Shown: piece by piece, positions 1 to 10,373 of the stretch | Layout: the number at the start of each line of letters is the position of its first letter | Position numbering within the stretch: position 1 is the first letter of the stretch | NCBI GenBank assembly: GCA_013138965.1 | Contig: WTBT01000058.1 | Coordinates: 815-64,814, forward strand | Direction of reading: 5' to 3' | Source of the DNA: Candidatus Aegiribacteria sp. | Lineage (GTDB): Bacteria; Fermentibacterota; Fermentibacteria; Fermentibacterales; JCC-6 | DNA: 64,000 nt | Notes under the pieces: generated by a model | What the model saw: only the letters and a program-made list of their open reading frames with translations | The model's database searches: none | What the model was told of the DNA's origin: nothing | Translations under genes and position numbers: made by a program

Positions 1-134
1 TCGAGGTGTTTGAGTATACGCCTTATAACAGACGGCTGTTCTATGAAGGAGATAACCTTCATCTGTCCTCCGCACTTCGGGCATTTGAGAGCGTCAATAT
101 CCCAGACCTTCTTGAGAAGAGCAAGATGAAGCAT
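1..134 (-). mobile_element. IS91-family (Y2-type) transposase, C-terminal remnant. Minus-strand frame reads ...MLHLALLKKVWDIDALKCPKCGGQMKVISFIEQPSVIRRILKHL and runs off the window start. An in-frame stop lies just upstream, so the transposase body is missing.
   Basis: Translated the minus strand by eye. The CPxCGG...I.FI....VI..IL.HL motif is typical of the C-terminus of IS91/ISCR-type transposases. An in-frame TGA at about 150-152 cuts it off from any N-terminal portion. Confidence 0.35.
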
Positions 135-447
135 ACATTCATGATCGGCTCACCATGATTCCTGAGTTATGTATACAGATGTTTACGCATTAGGTCAAGG
201 ATACCTCATTAACTCCGGTCAGATTAACTCTCTGTCCAGTCGCCGATGGACACCAGGGTGGTGCCCTCCGCCGGCTTGTGCTTCTCCGTGTAGCCGGCCA
301 TGTACACCGCATACGCATCGCCGTCGTCAGTCACGAACCCACGGCAGGATGTGGGAGAGCTTGCCGCAGCAGCTGCAGCGATTCTCTGCCTTTGTCTGTG
401 ATGCTCAGGACAGCCCAACAGCCATGGACATGTTTCAGTTGAAAGGA

Positions 448-3276
448 TTATCTGAGGGTTATTTCCAGTATTTTCGGTTTGCCCAGCGTTGAACCGGAAA
501 CGGGTGTAATTTTCAGAAGAACCTGGTATGACCGGTCATTCGGATTAGTGTCGAAATGCCAGATGAGTTCACCTTCGTAGTTGCCTCTGGACCTGCTGAA
601 GATATCTCCGGTTACTGTCGCTTCCTGCCACGTTTCGCCGCTATTCATGCTGAACGTAACCTGAAGATCAATGGTTCGATTTCGAGGATCGGACAATTCG
701 TATGATACAGTAACAGTGCTGTTCTGCAGGGAAATATCGCTCACAGCAGCCTGCATTACCCAGGGAAGCCTGGAATTGTTGATCGAGAGCGGGCCCGCGG
801 CTTCGGAGAAGACAGTATCCGCGTCAACGGCGCCAAGCCTTATTTTGAGTTCCATGGGCTCGATTCCCGGGAGGTCTTCCGATGAGTTCCAGGTGACTGT
901 TGAGGTGTAGGAAGAAGGTAGATAAACTTCGTTTGCGTCAAGACCTGCCGCAGGTATCCAGATGGATGAACCTTCCAGTTTATACTGCAGCGCCAGAGAT
1001 ATTTCATCATCTTCCGTGTCGGATATACGAAATGAGATTGGTACGGAACCGTCGAAGTGTTCCCAGTTTCCAGGGGATGTAACCGTAATTGACGGAAGTC
1101 TGTTATTATCCACATGGAACGGAGAAGACGGCACTGCTATTCCTGCGTCAGGGTCGCTTGGAACTGCTCTGAACTTGACCTGATAGCAATCGAACCCGGG
1201 TATGTCCACCTCAGATTCCCAGATTATCTCGTACTGATAAGTGCATGCGGTTGGAATTGAACTCTCAAGTACTGTAGCTGTATTCCAGTTCATTCCTTCA
1301 TCGGTCGAGTATTCGTATTGAATATCGAGTGGATTCTCTTCAGGATCGGTAAGCCAGACTCCAAGAGTTATCCTTCCGGATACTTCTACATCCGGTGCGA
1401 TTATCTGGCCGCACTGGAGCATGTCGGAATCAAGGTGGATATTATCGAGAACGCTCCATGGGCCAGGATCTGCATCCGCGGCTCTTACCCTCAGAGCTAA
1501 ATTTTCAATATCCATAGAGCCGATATCGTTCAGAGCGTTCCACTTGAATGGTTCTCCGTAGAACCATGAAGGTATCTCGTAGATACTGCCTGTGAGATGG
1601 GCGTTGTTCCAGGTTTCCTGACAATCGATTGAATACTGCGCCTGCAGCTGAATTACATCACTCTCTGGATCCTCAACAGCGTATTGCAGAATGTACCACC
1701 CGTCCGATTCCTCCTCTGATGTAAAAAGGTACAGGGTAGGTGGGATATTGTTGTCCACATGGAAAATATTGGAGAGGCCGCTGACGCCAGGGCCGTCGGG
1801 GCAGTAAGGTGTAACCTTCAGAGCGCACTGCTCTATGTCCTGCCTTGGAAGGTCTTCATCGCTGAACCAGATGATGCTGCTGCCGTTATCACGGAAACTG
1901 TTGGTTTCGTGCCATGAATATCCGGCATTGGTCGAATATTCAAGTGAAATACCTGTTACATTTCTGCCGCTTACTTCATATGGCAGGATCACACCACCAG
2001 AGGCTTCGAACGTTATAGTCCCGGCCCGGACAACTGGAAGGTAGGATATTCCGTAACTTCCGGAATTGGATTCATCACACATCATCTGTGGCCAGGCCCC
2101 CGTGGTGGCGCTGATACTGGATAACGTGAAGGCGGCGAGTCGGCCTGATCTGCCCAGAACCACCAGCTCCTGGTTCCCGTCACCGTCGATATCCCCTGCC
2201 GCCGGTGTTTTGGATATCGGCTGTCCAAAGTCCAGGGGGAAACCGTCAATGTTATTTCCATCCGCATTCCAGGCGTATACATATCCTATATCGGATCCCA
2301 CTATAACGCCGAGCCCGTCGCTGGTTCTGGTTATTATCGGTGCTGTAGGAAGACCGCTTGTAACGTTCGGCCAGCGCCATCTTCCGGCGATCCTTCCACG
2401 ACCGTTGATCAGTGTTACGGAACTGTCTACACATGATACTGCGAGCTGCAGCCCCGTAATATCGGGGTCAAGATGACCGATAGCCACAGCTCCCCGGGTG
2501 GACCTGTCGTCAAGAAAGAAAGGCCACCCATCAATTCTGCTGCCGCTGGAGCTTACCACATAGAGCCTGTTATTGTATGTAGCGAAGACAACATCTGCAA
2601 GACCATCGGCATCGATGTCCGCGGTTACGGGGATACTTGCGGAGGTGTACCCTGTGTTGATGGGCCATCCGGGCAGGATCGATCCTTCAAGTGACAGGAC
2701 ATATATCCTTGTCATTACCAGCGCGCATACAAGTCCGTATCCTGAATTGCCTCCAAGTGATAGTTGAGATGGCTGCCAATACAGTTTTGCAGGGAGTTCC
2801 ACAGGCCAACCGGGCAGAGGAATGCCATGAATATCAAGAAGGTGAACCCTGGAATCGGCGGAACCGAATGCGATTTCTGGGTAGGAGTCATCATCCAGAT
2901 CTACCACAGAAATACCCGTTATGATTCCAGGTCCCGCAAATACGGGCCATCCCGGTTGCTCGACCCCGCTGTGATCGACCATATGAACTGATCCGGCGTT
3001 GTCCGCGTATACTATAACATTGCCGGTGACCGGTGAATAAAATGCTGCGGGGTTTTTTGATACTCCCAGATCGCAGGAAACAGGAAACCCGTCCAGTATC
3101 TGGCCTCTTCCCGTCCATCCTCCGAGACCATGATCCCCCATTGCAATGAAAATGTCCATTGATCCTGCAGAGTTTTCAGCAAGAAGAGGGCCAGTCATGG
3201 GTAGACATCCGATGTCTGTCTCCCACTCGGGCATTTGCAGTAATAACGCTACTGAAATAAGAATGGAAATTGACAT
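448..3276 (-). CDS. Large secreted or surface protein (942 aa). N-terminal beta-propeller-like repeats with a recurring D/PGWP or DGFP motif (FG-GAP/VCBS-like), followed by Ig/fibronectin-like beta-sandwich domains.
   Basis: Long ORF with a hydrophobic N-terminus. About 7 repeats of roughly 45 aa each carry G(W/F)P. The C-terminal half is rich in beta-sandwich-like segments. No T9SS tail was recognised. Confidence 0.5.
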   Translation of the reverse strand: MSISILISVALLLQMPEWETDIGCLPMTGPLLAENSAGSMDIFIAMGDHGLGGWTGRGQILDGFPVSCDLGVSKNPAAFYSPVTGNVIVYADNAGSVHMVDHSGVEQPGWPVFAGPGIITGISVVDLDDDSYPEIAFGSADSRVHLLDIHGIPLPGWPVELPAKLYWQPSQLSLGGNSGYGLVCALVMTRIYVLSLEGSILPGWPINTGYTSASIPVTADIDADGLADVVFATYNNRLYVVSSSGSRIDGWPFFLDDRSTRGAVAIGHLDPDITGLQLAVSCVDSSVTLINGRGRIAGRWRWPNVTSGLPTAPIITRTSDGLGVIVGSDIGYVYAWNADGNNIDGFPLDFGQPISKTPAAGDIDGDGNQELVVLGRSGRLAAFTLSSISATTGAWPQMMCDESNSGSYGISYLPVVRAGTITFEASGGVILPYEVSGRNVTGISLEYSTNAGYSWHETNSFRDNGSSIIWFSDEDLPRQDIEQCALKVTPYCPDGPGVSGLSNIFHVDNNIPPTLYLFTSEEESDGWYILQYAVEDPESDVIQLQAQYSIDCQETWNNAHLTGSIYEIPSWFYGEPFKWNALNDIGSMDIENLALRVRAADADPGPWSVLDNIHLDSDMLQCGQIIAPDVEVSGRITLGVWLTDPEENPLDIQYEYSTDEGMNWNTATVLESSIPTACTYQYEIIWESEVDIPGFDCYQVKFRAVPSDPDAGIAVPSSPFHVDNNRLPSITVTSPGNWEHFDGSVPISFRISDTEDDEISLALQYKLEGSSIWIPAAGLDANEVYLPSSYTSTVTWNSSEDLPGIEPMELKIRLGAVDADTVFSEAAGPLSINNSRLPWVMQAAVSDISLQNSTVTVSYELSDPRNRTIDLQVTFSMNSGETWQEATVTGDIFSRSRGNYEGELIWHFDTNPNDRSYQVLLKITPVSGSTLGKPKILEITLR

Positions 3277-3486
3277 TTATACCTCAACATATCTAATACT
3301 ATTCTATCTCGTATATACTAGCTTTAGTTACTCCATGAAGTCAACAGCGCATTTCTGTTTTTCATTGTTTATTGTGAGTGACAAGTAGAGGTTGACTCTT
3401 GAACAAATATAATCAATAATTGTATTCATGTATAAACACATTGAATGTTTGATTGATGATAGAGTGCAAGTAGGAATGGAGAATTT

Positions 3487-4428
3487 ATGAGATACCATAT
3501 ATTTACTGCTCTACTTTTATTGTCTGCTGTTATTCAGGCCGGTTCTCTTCCTTTTTCTCGCTCCGGTGTTCTGGACTGTCCTGACGCGTACTTACTGCAG
3601 CATACAGAAGTAGAAATGGAACTCGCAGCCTCAATATACTCAGTTGAAGATACAACAGGCGTTTCCAACAGCGAGTTCATGATTACCGGACACCTTGATA
3701 TAGGGTTGTTCAACTATGGTCAGATAGGAGTGTCTTTCCTTGGCGATGGCGGAATCGCAGGGAATGTAAAAGTTGCTGTGCTGCATGAGGGAATTACGGT
3801 TCCAGCATTCGCGATCGGGCTTGATAATATCACAGGAGAAAAATACATTGAATGTTTCAAGATAGATTCCGCCGGTGTAGAGCAGTTCTATCCCTACGAT
3901 CATGCGCAGAACTGGTCAGCGTACGGTGTCGTTTCAAAAGACCTCAGGTATATACTGGGGATTCCCGTTACTGTTAACCTGGGTATAGGCATAGGGCGTT
4001 TTGTGGGGATAGTGGATTCAGGGGCGCTGGGCATTGGAAGCTCTGTAGCCCATGGATTATTCGGGTCGGTTGTCTACCATCCCACAGAAGTGATCACTGT
4101 TGCCCTGGAACAGGATGGACGTGATCTGAATCTTGGGGCATCGTACGATGTAACTGATCATATTACTCTTCAGATGGCGTGGGCCGAATTCGAACAGACG
4201 ATATTCCCGGCTGAAGGTCAGAACAAGACCGATATCATGCAGAATTCAAAGGTAACATTCGGGATTCAATCAAGGATCGGACCCATTTTCGGTGCTGGAC
4301 AGATCGCCCTTGAACGTGAACGACAGCGAATTGAAAGAGCAAGAGACCGTCTGGAAGAACTCGAAGCCAGAAGAAGTGCTGCAGAAGCTGAACTTCAGAG
4401 ACTCCGCGATCTTCTTGAGAACCGCTAA
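3487..4428 (+). CDS. Secreted or outer-membrane protein of unknown function. Signal peptide, a Gly/aromatic alternating beta-strand-like region and a C-terminal Arg/Glu-rich coiled coil.
   Basis: N-terminus MRYHIFTALLLLSAVIQA. Alternating hydrophobic pattern. C-terminal segment ERERQRIERARDRLEELEARR.... Confidence 0.45.
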   Translation: MRYHIFTALLLLSAVIQAGSLPFSRSGVLDCPDAYLLQHTEVEMELAASIYSVEDTTGVSNSEFMITGHLDIGLFNYGQIGVSFLGDGGIAGNVKVAVLHEGITVPAFAIGLDNITGEKYIECFKIDSAGVEQFYPYDHAQNWSAYGVVSKDLRYILGIPVTVNLGIGIGRFVGIVDSGALGIGSSVAHGLFGSVVYHPTEVITVALEQDGRDLNLGASYDVTDHITLQMAWAEFEQTIFPAEGQNKTDIMQNSKVTFGIQSRIGPIFGAGQIALERERQRIERARDRLEELEARRSAAEAELQRLRDLLENR

Positions 4429-4445
4429 AGAAACGGCCTGATGAT

Positions 4446-7400
4446 ATGAAGCTTTGTTCTTTACTGCTTGTATTAGCCTGTTTTACCGTTGCGAATGCTC
4501 AGCCTGCGAATGATTCCCTTGAAATACCTGAGCCTGCTGATACAACAGAAACTACAAGCATACTCATGGAAAGGGTCACTGCTGACCTGCTGGAACTGGA
4601 AACCCAGATAGCCAGGGAAGAGGAACGACTGGAACGAATCATGACCGAGCTGATCCAGCTTCGAAGGCACAGCGCAATGTTTGCCAACGCTGAAAGCGCT
4701 TTCCTGCTTGGTGAAGAGCTCTACACTACAGGTTCGATAGTCTGGGCAAAAGATGCATTTGTATCCGTGGTGGATAACTTTCCAAATTCCATATACTACA
4801 CCGACGCTCTGTTCAGGCTTGAGCTTATTTCCTTTGAACTCCAGGATTATGAAAGAGCGATTGAGTACTTCAGCAGCTTGGTAGAAGCCGATCCAACCTT
4901 TAAATTCATCGATCTGGCATACATAGCGGCAGGCCTGTCAATATATAGCCAGGGGGATTTTTCAGGATCAAGATTGCTCTATAACAACATACCTCCCTCA
5001 AGTGAGTATTTTGCATTATCGGAATATCTGAAAGCGGTATCCTTTGTTGAAGAAGGCGACATTGATGCAGCTACGGTCGCTCTCAACGGGATAATCAACG
5101 GTACAGGAACCTCCTCGGAAGCTGCTGAACTGACAGACAGGGCAAGGATCGCCCTGGCTCAGATACTGGTTGATGAAAGAGAGGATTACGAATCCGCCCT
5201 CGAACTCTACTCCCGCATATCACCCTTCAGTTCCTATTACGATATCGCCATGATTGGGAAAGTATGGACGCTGATGCATCTTGAGAAATATCAGGATGCA
5301 TACGATCTTGCGGGAATAGTAATGAAGGAGATTCCGAATTCGGAGCTCATTTCAGAATTTGAACTCGCCCAGGCGAATTGTGCTCTCGGTTCTGAGAATC
5401 TGGATATAGCCATAATGATGTACAAAGACCTGCTTGCCGAATACAGTGAGACATCTGATTATTACGACCTTTTCCTGTCAGGATCATCCCTTACTCAGGA
5501 GGAGTTCGAGCTTGAAAGGGAACGTCTCGACAGGATAAGGCTGGGTCTGGTTGAACTCAAGGAGGAAGCCTATACCCAGGGTGACATGGAACTTGTCGAG
5601 ATGATCGCGAACGAGGAAGCATCACTGCGGGCGCTTTTCAGTGAAATCAGTTATCTCGAGACGATTCTTTCACTGCCTGTTGAAATGGATACCGAGGACC
5701 TGGAACATCAACTGCGTGTTCTGATCCGGGAGAGCAGAAGCAGAACAGATATCCTTACTCTTGCAGCAGGAGAAGTTCATGAACTGACAGAGATCATGGG
5801 AACCGAGCAGGATCGCCAGGACCTTATCGGGGTTGAAAGGGAGATCGAAAGAATAAGGCTTTCACTTCAGGATCTTGCGGCTAAGTTCGGGGGAGGCATG
5901 ACCGCCCAACACGACTGGATACTTGAGACCCAGTATGGGATAGCAGTGGCTACTTTCATGGAGCGCGAGCTTAAACGCGATTCCGTCAGTTATCTTGGCG
6001 CCTATTACAGAAACAGGATACAGGAAGAACTGGAAGAGGGCGATTCACTTGAAGCCGCTGTCCTTGACAGTCTGAGATCCAGGGAGATCACCTCCCTTAA
6101 CAGAAGAATAGATGAATCTGCCATTGTATGTGCAGGTTATTTTGAGGATTATCTTGCCAGCTATCCCGATTCAAGGTTCATAGCCGATATTCTTGTCAGG
6201 CTGGCTCAGCTTTACTACGACATAGACAACCTGCTGCAAAGCGAACGGCAGGCGGCAGCTGGAATTGATGAATACGTACCTGAGGATTACTCCCGATCGA
6301 TAGAGCTTTATCAGCTGATTCTTACGGAATACCCCGGCAGTGAACTGGAGGACATAGCCCTCTATTCCCTGGGATACTGCCTCGAATCCATGATGGATTT
6401 CGAGGGATCGGTTGAGAGTTACAGAAGCCTGTTGCGGGATTATCCTGAAAGCGACCTTGCCGCCGAATGCAACATCCGAGTGGGGAATTATTACTTCGAT
6501 ATTCTCGAGTACGATTCCGCACTGGTTTACTTTCAGAATGTCCTGGACTATCCAGCCTGCAGTCCCAACCTCTTCCAGCATGGTCTGTACAAACTCGGCT
6601 GGACTCAATACCTGACCAAGGACTTCAGCAATTCCATTACCACCTTCGCTTATCTGATCAGGGATAACCAGACCATAGACAGTCTGGGAATCAGCAGAAA
6701 GGGTGATATCAGGATTCTGAACGAAGCGCGGGAGTATATGGCATACGATTTTCTCGAATTGCACGGCATGTCCCCGACTGCTGTACATGTTGCCCTCAAT
6801 TTTCTAATAGAATTCGATGATTCGGTCAGCACAGTCAACGTTATTGATAAGATGGCGGAGATATCTTCAGAAATGTCCAACTGGGATACCTCTATAGAGG
6901 CGTACAAGGCTCTGCTTGCTGAAATCCCGTACTCTCATGACGCTCCAGTTTACCAGCTGAGAATCGCACAGGCCTATGAAGAACTCGGAGAATTTGCCCT
7001 TGCTGCCAATGCGCGTGATCAGCTCGTTTCCAATTACGGAGAGAATAGTGACTGGTACAACAGCGTTGGTGATGAATCGGTTTTAGCCCTGACCGATTCC
7101 TTACGGGGAGCCTCCTTCGAGGAAGCGATACAGTACTATCTTGAGCAGACTGTTGCAACGAAGGATAATCCCGTAACATTCATGCAGGTCAACAATGCCC
7201 TCATCGAAAGAATTGAAAATTATCTCAGGCAATACCCGGCTTCCTCCATGGTTTACGAGTATCAGTTTTACCTCGGTGATGCATACTATCATACCGAGCA
7301 ATACATAAATGCGGGGGACGTCTATTTTGAGGTCGCAATGGACAGCAGTTCCTTCCAGAGACAGGAAGATGCTCTCAATAACGCGTTCTCATCTTATCTG

Positions 7401-8984
7401 ATCGCCTATGAACAGGTATCGGGAGTGGACAGTCTTTCATTGAGAGAGAATCTTCGGAAAACGGTTATGGTCTACACTGTTCTTTACCCGAATGGTGAAA
7501 ATGCAGCATTCTTCCTCTGGGCTGCAGCCCCCAAGTTCTACAACGCTGGTGAATATGCCGCAGGCAGGGAGATGTTTGGATTAATCTACAATAACTATCC
7601 CCGTTCAGGTTACGAAGCGCGGTCAGCCAAGTTCATTGCTGACTCCTATCAGCAGGAGGAATTGTACGCCGAAGCGGAGGAATGGTACGGACTGGCATCG
7701 CAGGCCGCAGCTGTCAGCGGAGAGGATCTTGGGGCTGATATTGAATACCTGGCTGCCTCTTCAGCCTATAACGACGCAGCTTCTCTGGCCGAAAGCGAAA
7801 ACACTGAAGACCTGCTTGCCGCGGCGGCAAGATGGGAAGAGACAGCCCATGAGCACTCCGGGTCGGATGTAGCGCCCGTTGCGCTTTACGATGCTGCTGA
7901 AACCTACGGTAAAGCTGGTTCAATCAATGATGCCGTAAGGCTTTTTCAGGAACTCGCCATAACTTATCCCTCTTATGAGAACGCCCCAAACGGCCTGCTT
8001 AGGGCGGCCTACCTCCTCAGAGAGGATGGGCTGTATGTCAGAGGAGCGCAGCTGTACCTTGAAGCTTACAACACTTTCCCCGGTGCGCCTGATATGAACT
8101 CTGCTCTGGTCAGCGCGGCGAAATGCTACGAAGATGGAGGCAGGCAGGATCTGGCGACAGGGGTCTACCAGCAGATAACCTCTGACGGAGCAGGAACAGC
8201 CGGCACGATCATGGAAGCGTACGCAAAGATAGGTGAATACAATTACGATCTGGGGAACTACTCTATTGCCAGGAGCAATTTTGAGAACTGTATAATTATA
8301 TTCGACCAGTACAATGATGGACGGATTAAATACCCGGCAATGTCAGCCTTCATGTTTGGAGATATGTCCGCTTTGGATTACTACGCTCTGGTTCCTGTGA
8401 ATCCTGAAAACGTTGAATACAAAACACAGCTTTTCAATGGAGCTGTTGCGAATTATAACAGAACATTCTCATACCTCGATGATGATTACGTGTTCCGAGC
8501 CGTTCTGAAGATCGGCCAGCTCCAGGAGGATTACGCGAATGCCGTAGGTTTCATGAATCCCCCGGCTGGACTTTCTCCGGAGGATGAGGAGGCTTTCTAC
8601 AATGCGCTGATGGGAGCTTACGATACCTTTATTCAGAGGGCCACAGCCACATATGAGAACGGCCTGCAGCTTGCAGTGTCCAACGGTATAAGAACCGAGT
8701 ATACAGATACGATTGCTGTTAACCTTGATCTGCTTCTTCCCGGATCAAGCACCAGTGTCGGCTATTCTGTATCAACATCTGTCCACCAGGACACAACTGC
8801 AGTTGCGGATAGCGCCGGTGCAGCAATTGACGACGGATTTACTCCGGAAACAGATGATGATATCGGCGAGTCCGGAACCACGGATGAAACACAGCTCCCC
8901 GATTACGATTATATAGAGACCCCTGTGGCTGAACCCGGCACTGATGATAATGATGGAGGGGGGTGCTTCCTGTGGCCCTTCTGA
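4446..8984 (+). CDS. Giant tetratricopeptide-repeat (TPR) protein of 1512 aa with a signal peptide and an acidic Asp/Gly-rich C-terminal tail. Leads the Ton-like cluster.
   Basis: Signal peptide MKLCSLLLVLACFTVANA. Repeated Y/A/L-rich 34-aa-like TPR pattern throughout. C-terminus DDNDGGGCFLWPF. Confidence 0.7.
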   Translation: MKLCSLLLVLACFTVANAQPANDSLEIPEPADTTETTSILMERVTADLLELETQIAREEERLERIMTELIQLRRHSAMFANAESAFLLGEELYTTGSIVWAKDAFVSVVDNFPNSIYYTDALFRLELISFELQDYERAIEYFSSLVEADPTFKFIDLAYIAAGLSIYSQGDFSGSRLLYNNIPPSSEYFALSEYLKAVSFVEEGDIDAATVALNGIINGTGTSSEAAELTDRARIALAQILVDEREDYESALELYSRISPFSSYYDIAMIGKVWTLMHLEKYQDAYDLAGIVMKEIPNSELISEFELAQANCALGSENLDIAIMMYKDLLAEYSETSDYYDLFLSGSSLTQEEFELERERLDRIRLGLVELKEEAYTQGDMELVEMIANEEASLRALFSEISYLETILSLPVEMDTEDLEHQLRVLIRESRSRTDILTLAAGEVHELTEIMGTEQDRQDLIGVEREIERIRLSLQDLAAKFGGGMTAQHDWILETQYGIAVATFMERELKRDSVSYLGAYYRNRIQEELEEGDSLEAAVLDSLRSREITSLNRRIDESAIVCAGYFEDYLASYPDSRFIADILVRLAQLYYDIDNLLQSERQAAAGIDEYVPEDYSRSIELYQLILTEYPGSELEDIALYSLGYCLESMMDFEGSVESYRSLLRDYPESDLAAECNIRVGNYYFDILEYDSALVYFQNVLDYPACSPNLFQHGLYKLGWTQYLTKDFSNSITTFAYLIRDNQTIDSLGISRKGDIRILNEAREYMAYDFLELHGMSPTAVHVALNFLIEFDDSVSTVNVIDKMAEISSEMSNWDTSIEAYKALLAEIPYSHDAPVYQLRIAQAYEELGEFALAANARDQLVSNYGENSDWYNSVGDESVLALTDSLRGASFEEAIQYYLEQTVATKDNPVTFMQVNNALIERIENYLRQYPASSMVYEYQFYLGDAYYHTEQYINAGDVYFEVAMDSSSFQRQEDALNNAFSSYLIAYEQVSGVDSLSLRENLRKTVMVYTVLYPNGENAAFFLWAAAPKFYNAGEYAAGREMFGLIYNNYPRSGYEARSAKFIADSYQQEELYAEAEEWYGLASQAAAVSGEDLGADIEYLAASSAYNDAASLAESENTEDLLAAAARWEETAHEHSGSDVAPVALYDAAETYGKAGSINDAVRLFQELAITYPSYENAPNGLLRAAYLLREDGLYVRGAQLYLEAYNTFPGAPDMNSALVSAAKCYEDGGRQDLATGVYQQITSDGAGTAGTIMEAYAKIGEYNYDLGNYSIARSNFENCIIIFDQYNDGRIKYPAMSAFMFGDMSALDYYALVPVNPENVEYKTQLFNGAVANYNRTFSYLDDDYVFRAVLKIGQLQEDYANAVGFMNPPAGLSPEDEEAFYNALMGAYDTFIQRATATYENGLQLAVSNGIRTEYTDTIAVNLDLLLPGSSTSVGYSVSTSVHQDTTAVADSAGAAIDDGFTPETDDDIGESGTTDETQLPDYDYIETPVAEPGTDDNDGGGCFLWPF

Positions 8985-9469
8985 TTAATTCATTCAGATA
9001 TCTCTGTGCTACCGGAAGAACGATTCTTCTTTTAGCTCTTGTTTTTACTTCGGCTGTTACCGCAGTCTATGCCCAGACGGACGTAGAAGATAGTGAAGAA
9101 GCAAGCTGGGTAGGTGGAAGGCTCGTTCTTGAGGAGATAACGATCAGAGGAGAATTAAGGACTCCTCAGGCACTTTTCATGATGCTGAAGGCAGCCCCGG
9201 ATCTCAGGAATGTACTTCTTCAAAGAAGTTTTCTTGAAGATGTGATCAGGCCTGTTTATCCAGGCGCATTCGCCGATGAACCGAACCTGGGGGCGGGGCG
9301 CGTGATGATTACACTGCCCGCGTGGGTAAGATACGGCTCGGTCGCGGTACTTGGTGGTCTGTCAGGATATCGATATTATCAGGGTGATGATGAGCAGGGG
9401 CTGGTTTTTGGAGTCATTGCCGGCCTTGACTTAATTGGAAATCTTATACTTGATCTGGTCGGAAATTGA
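8963..9469 (+). CDS. Hypothetical small exported or membrane protein (GTG start; overlaps the TPR gene end).
   Basis: ORF with a hydrophobic N-terminal segment TILLLALVFTSAVTAVYAQ and a Gly-rich hydrophobic C-terminus. Its position in the Ton cluster supports it being real. Confidence 0.3.
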   Translation: MLPVALLINSFRYLCATGRTILLLALVFTSAVTAVYAQTDVEDSEEASWVGGRLVLEEITIRGELRTPQALFMMLKAAPDLRNVLLQRSFLEDVIRPVYPGAFADEPNLGAGRVMITLPAWVRYGSVAVLGGLSGYRYYQGDDEQGLVFGVIAGLDLIGNLILDLVGN

Positions 9470-9500
9470 AACCAGACTGCTATTCGAGAGGAGATCGTGC

Positions 9501-10373
9501 ATGAAACGGATAACACTCCCACTCTTACTTGGTATTACACTCATTCTGGCGGGAGGTTCGCTATTCGCTCAACCGGTCGATGCTGATGCACCTGCAGACA
9601 GCACCCCAGCCGATTCCATGCCGGTTGATTCTGCTTCCGTTCAGGAAGATTCGGTTGCAACCGCTCCAGCTCCAGAACCGGCTGAACCGGAGATCGTAAC
9701 AGCTGTTGAAGAGGAAGCTGAAGAAATAGAAGAGGGAGGGCTATTCTCCGATATGGCTCAGTTCTTCCGTGATGGCGGACCGGCAATGTGGGCCATTCTC
9801 ATATTCCTTGCAGCCGGAATAGCGATAGTAGTCGAGAGATTCATATTCCTGTTCTCTATTGCCGATATGAAGCCGGAAAAATTCATGGGCAGGATATCCG
9901 AATTCATAAGAAAGGGCAGTATCGAAGGAGCAATCGCCTCGTGCGCGGATAAGAGTGCTCCACTTGCCCGCATAATTGAAGCCGCTCTTAGAAATTATAG
10001 AAATACTGAACGTGATATACAGAATGCCGTTGATGAGATGGCGCTTGCGGAACTGCCCCGGCTCAATGCACGGACTGGATATCTCGCAATGCTGGCAAAC
10101 GTTTCAACCATGGTTGGCCTTCTGGGTACCATTTTCGGACTGATAGCCGCCTTCGAATCGGTTGCGGCAGCTGATCCTGCAGAAAAAAGCATAATGCTTG
10201 CAAACGGTATTTCAATGGCAATGAGTACAACAGCATTCGGATTGATGGCAGCCATACCCCTTCTGATAGCTCATTCCTTCTTTACCGCTAAGACCGATAA
10301 CCTGATCGACGACATTGACAGGTATTCTGTCATGATTATCAATATGCTTGCTCAGGCCAGGAAGGAAGGCTGA
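9501..10373 (+). CDS. exbB: MotA/TolQ/ExbB proton-channel family protein with an N-terminal signal peptide and a periplasmic acidic/Pro-rich extension (Bacteroidetes-type ExbB).
   Basis: Start chosen at MKRITLPLLLG, which has an AGGAG ribosome-binding site (RBS). C-terminal half has 3 TM helices and the MotA/TolQ/ExbB signature (...LGTIFGLIAAF...). Confidence 0.75.
   Translation: MKRITLPLLLGITLILAGGSLFAQPVDADAPADSTPADSMPVDSASVQEDSVATAPAPEPAEPEIVTAVEEEAEEIEEGGLFSDMAQFFRDGGPAMWAILIFLAAGIAIVVERFIFLFSIADMKPEKFMGRISEFIRKGSIEGAIASCADKSAPLARIIEAALRNYRNTERDIQNAVDEMALAELPRLNARTGYLAMLANVSTMVGLLGTIFGLIAAFESVAAADPAEKSIMLANGISMAMSTTAFGLMAAIPLLIAHSFFTAKTDNLIDDIDRYSVMIINMLAQARKEG

Noticed and set aside
169-492. 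Plus-strand 107 aa ORF in the GC-rich patch.
   Set aside because: Its Pro/Arg/Cys-rich composition is typical of a GC-rich artefact. More likely it is decayed sequence next to the transposase remnant.
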